Positions 29,291 through 32,000 of a DNA stretch of 32,000 bases are shown here, in pieces. A program made the position numbers and the translations under genes. How positions within the stretch are numbered: the first letter of the stretch is position 1; every line of letters starts with the position of its first letter. The stretch lies in contig JAVHRN010000002.1 in NCBI GenBank assembly GCA_036171695.1, positions 36,745-68,744 of the forward strand, written 5' to 3'. Below the pieces are notes generated by a model. It did not search any database. It was not told the origin of the DNA and saw only the letters and a program-made list of their open reading frames with translations. Origin of the DNA: Gallionella sp. (GTDB lineage: Bacteria; Pseudomonadota; Gammaproteobacteria; Burkholderiales; Gallionellaceae).

Positions 29291-30499
29291 ATGAAATTAC
29301 CGATTTACATGGATTATTCGGCAACTACGCCTGTTGATGCGCGTGTGGCAGCTAAAATGATTCCTTATTTGACCGAGCAATATGGCAATCCAGCTAGTCG
29401 TTCGCATCACTATGGTTGGGAGGCCGAAGAGGCTGTTGAATTGGCGCGTACGCAAGTTGCCGCGTTGGTCAATGCCGATCCGAAAGAAATTGTTTGGACT
29501 TCTGGTGCGACTGAATCGAATAATTTGGCGATTAAAGGCGCAGCGCATTTTTACCAAGGTAAGGGCAAACACATTGTCACTATGCGCATTGAGCACAAGG
29601 CGGTTATCGACACCGTGCGCGAGTTAGAACGCGAGGGTTTTAGCGCGACCTATCTTGACCCGCAAACGAATGGTTTGTTGGATTTAGAGGTGTTCAAAGC
29701 AGCTCTGCGTCCAGATACGATTTTAGTGTCGATCATGCTGGTTAATAATGAAATCGGCGTGGTGCAAGACGTTGCCGCGATTGGTGAAATTTGCCGTGAA
29801 CGCGGCATTATTTTTCATGTGGATGCGGCGCAAGCGACGGGCAAAGTCAGCATTGATTTGCAAAAATTAAAAGTGGATTTGATGTCGTTTTCAGCTCATA
29901 AAACCTACGGTCCAAAAGGTATCGGTGCGCTGTATGTACAACGTAAGCCACGGGTGCGTTTGGAAGCACAAATGCATGGCGGTGGTCACGAGCGTGGGAT
30001 GCGTTCGGGTACTTTGGCGACACATCAAATCGTCGGTATGGGCGAAGCATTCCGTATCGCGCAAGCAGAAATGGCGAGCGAAAATGAACGCGTGCGTATG
30101 TTGCGCGATCGCTTGATGACAGGCTTGATGACGATGGAAGAGGTGCATCTAAACGGTGATATTGAGCGGCGTGTACCGCACAATTTGAATTTGAGTTTTA
30201 ATTTTGTCGAAGGCGAATCGCTGATTATGGCGATTAAAGATGTCGCGGTTTCCAGCGGCTCGGCGTGTACTTCGGCCAGTCTAGAACCATCGTATGTGTT
30301 GCGCGCTTTAGGGCGCAGCGATGAATTGGCACATAGCTCAATTCGTTTCTCGATTGGACGTTTTACGACCGTTGAAGAAGTGGATTTTGTGATTGATTTG
30401 ATGAAGCAAAAAATCGGCAAATTACGCGAACTTTCCCCGCTTTGGGAAATGTACCAAGACGGTGTTGACCTCAATACCGTGCAGTGGGCAGCACATTAA
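29291..30499 (+). CDS. iscS: Cysteine desulfurase IscS
   Basis: Contains [16 protein letters not shown], the PLP lysine in [10 protein letters not shown], the active-site SSGSACTS, and a C-terminal WAAH. Confidence 0.97.
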   Translation: MKLPIYMDYSATTPVDARVAAKMIPYLTEQYGNPASRSHHYGWEAEEAVELARTQVAALVNADPKEIVWTSGATESNNLAIKGAAHFYQGKGKHIVTMRIEHKAVIDTVRELEREGFSATYLDPQTNGLLDLEVFKAALRPDTILVSIMLVNNEIGVVQDVAAIGEICRERGIIFHVDAAQATGKVSIDLQKLKVDLMSFSAHKTYGPKGIGALYVQRKPRVRLEAQMHGGGHERGMRSGTLATHQIVGMGEAFRIAQAEMASENERVRMLRDRLMTGLMTMEEVHLNGDIERRVPHNLNLSFNFVEGESLIMAIKDVAVSSGSACTSASLEPSYVLRALGRSDELAHSSIRFSIGRFTTVEEVDFVIDLMKQKIGKLRELSPLWEMYQDGVDLNTVQWAAH

Positions 30500-30501
30500 C
30501 A

Positions 30502-30579
30502 ACAGGACGCAGAGTACAGGATGCAGGATTAAGCCAAAACCGCTTTTCTGAATCCTGTATCCCGCATCCTGAATCCTTA
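30502..30579. repeat. Heptamer-array palindrome in the iscS-iscU spacer, of the same family as the outer arms of the addA insert
   Basis: ACAGGAC GCAGAGT ACAGGAT GCAGGAT (30502-30529), a 22-nt loop, then ATCCTGT ATCCCGC ATCCTGA ATCCTTA (30552-30579). The iscU RBS AGGAG begins at the last base of the element. Confidence 0.8.
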
Positions 30580-30590
30580 GGAGAACCAAA

Positions 30591-31007
30591 ATGGCATACA
30601 GCGAAAAACTTTTAGATCATTACGAAAATCCGCGTAACGTGGGCTCGTTCGCCAAAGATGCAGAAGGCTTGGGCACGGGCATGGTTGGTGCGCCAGCTTG
30701 TGGCGATGTGATGAAATTGCAAATCAAAGTCAGTAAAGACGGCATCATCGAAGATGCTAAATTTAAGACGTATGGCTGCGGTTCAGCGATTGCATCTAGT
30801 TCCTTGGTAACCGAATGGGTTAAAGGTAAAACGGTCGATCAAGCGTTGTTGATTAAGAACACGCAAATCGCTGAAGAATTAGCTTTGCCCCCAGTGAAAA
30901 TCCATTGTTCGATTTTGGCGGAAGATGCCATTAAAGCGGCAGTGGCGGATTACAAAGCTAAGCATGGTGAGAGTATTGACTTGCCTGCTTGTCACGGCAG
31001 CGTGTAA
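30591..31007 (+). CDS. iscU: Fe-S cluster scaffold IscU
   Basis: Contains YENPRNVG, GAPACGDVM, YGCGSAIASS and KIHCS. Confidence 0.97.
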   Translation: MAYSEKLLDHYENPRNVGSFAKDAEGLGTGMVGAPACGDVMKLQIKVSKDGIIEDAKFKTYGCGSAIASSSLVTEWVKGKTVDQALLIKNTQIAEELALPPVKIHCSILAEDAIKAAVADYKAKHGESIDLPACHGSV

Positions 31008-31037
31008 GGTAAAAAACGCAAAACGGAGAGTATCAAC

Positions 31038-31361
31038 ATGGGCATTACGCTGACAGAAGCTGCGGCAAAACATGTGCAAAATTTTATTGCCAAGCGTGGT
31101 AAAGGGCTGGGGCTGCGTATTGGTGTGCGCACTACGGGCTGTTCCGGTATGGCTTATAAATTGGAATTCGCCGATGCATTGAGCGAGGGTGATTTGCAGT
31201 TTGTAAGCAATGGCGTGATGCTGTTAGTTGATCCCAAAAGTCTGCCTTATATCGAAGGCATGGAATTGGATTTTCAGCGTGAAGGCTTGAATGAAGGTTT
31301 CAAGTTTAACAATCCCAACGTCAAAAACGAGTGTGGCTGCGGCGAGAGTTTTCAAGTTTAG
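31038..31361 (+). CDS. iscA: Iron-binding A-type carrier IscA
   Basis: Contains GCSGMAY and a C-terminal CGCGESF. The 107-aa length fits. Confidence 0.95.
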   Translation: MGITLTEAAAKHVQNFIAKRGKGLGLRIGVRTTGCSGMAYKLEFADALSEGDLQFVSNGVMLLVDPKSLPYIEGMELDFQREGLNEGFKFNNPNVKNECGCGESFQV

Positions 31362-31441
31362 CTTGAGTCATTTTAGTGTGAGTCCGATGTGCTGTCGGGC
31401 TGGACGCAGTCAATTTTCACGCACCACATTCCACTTCCCGC

Positions 31442-31984
31442 ATGTCCGCAAACCCTCTCGATTTCTATCAAACATTTTTTCAATTGTTCGGATTGACGCA
31501 GTCTTTTTCTTTAGATGGTGCCGCATTGGAGCAGCACTATCGGACATTGCAAATGCGCGTCCATCCCGATAAAGCCGCGCATTTATCGGATGCGGAACAA
31601 CGTGTGGCGATGCAGCAAGCGACCTTTGTCAATGAGGCTTACCAGACTTTGCGCAGTCCTTTGCGCCGCGCCCGTTATTTGTTGAAACTAAATGATGTGG
31701 ACACGCAGGAAGAAACCAACACCGCCATGCCTATGGATTTTTTGATCGCGCAAATGGAATGGCGCGAAGCTGTGATAGATGCGCAACAAGCGCGTGATAT
31801 AGATGCGCTGGCTGAACAAGAAAACCGTATGCACTTAGTAACGGCTGAACTCGAAGCCCAGCTTGCGGTTAAAATTGACGCTGAAAAGAACTATGCTGCC
31901 GCCGCAGAATTGGTGCGCAAGCTGCGCTTTATGGAAAAACTCGCGGAAGAAATTCACGCCGCTTATGATGAAATCGAAAGTTAA
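31442..31984 (+). CDS. hscB: Co-chaperone HscB (J-domain)
   Basis: Contains FFQLFGL...LQMRVHPDK and a helical C-terminal domain. It sits after iscA. Confidence 0.9.
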   Translation: MSANPLDFYQTFFQLFGLTQSFSLDGAALEQHYRTLQMRVHPDKAAHLSDAEQRVAMQQATFVNEAYQTLRSPLRRARYLLKLNDVDTQEETNTAMPMDFLIAQMEWREAVIDAQQARDIDALAEQENRMHLVTAELEAQLAVKIDAEKNYAAAAELVRKLRFMEKLAEEIHAAYDEIES

Positions 31985-32000
31985 ATGCGCTCGCTAGTCG

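Noticed and set aside
30025-30474. 149-aa minus-strand ORF inside iscS
   Set aside because: It is antisense to iscS. It is a shadow ORF.
31291-31572. 93-aa + strand ORF bridging the iscA end and the hscB start
   Set aside because: It overlaps both the iscA and hscB frames out of frame and has no motifs.
31986-32000. Possible start of hscA (ATG at 31986) after hscB
   Set aside because: Only five codons are visible, and they do not resemble the HscA N-terminus I know. This cannot be supported from this window.

Overview
This is a chromosomal segment whose gene content and order look betaproteobacterial; the exact taxon cannot be determined from the sequence alone. It is almost entirely housekeeping and densely packed. 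On the + strand it reads: a partial cNMP-binding gene, nadA, a ybhP-like EEP gene with clsB, xseB-ispA-dxs, folE2, psiF, pcnB-folK-dNK-panB, fdxA, and an AddB-like/AddA-like helicase-nuclease pair. On the - strand it reads: hemH, hrcA, ung, mutS and suhB. It then returns to the + strand with trmJ-cysE-iscR-iscS-iscU-iscA-hscB. I saw no rRNA, tRNA, CRISPR array, transposase or integrase.

The only accessory stretch is a roughly 2.7 kb islet between ung and mutS. It carries ccdAB, higBA and a visibly AT-richer orphan gene for a membrane-anchored coiled-coil/TPR protein.

The most unusual signals are not genes. A palindromic repeat built from inverted arrays of NCAGGAT heptamers occurs twice. One copy sits in the iscS-iscU spacer. 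The other is inserted in frame inside the addA-like gene, with a second perfect 29-bp palindrome nested in its centre. A different 69-bp double-hairpin element sits exactly in frame inside mutS.

I cannot point to a clear new multi-gene system. The best candidates for follow-up are the ORF-colonising palindromic elements and the higBA-TPR arrangement. All functional calls come from reading motifs in the supplied translations; no database search was run.
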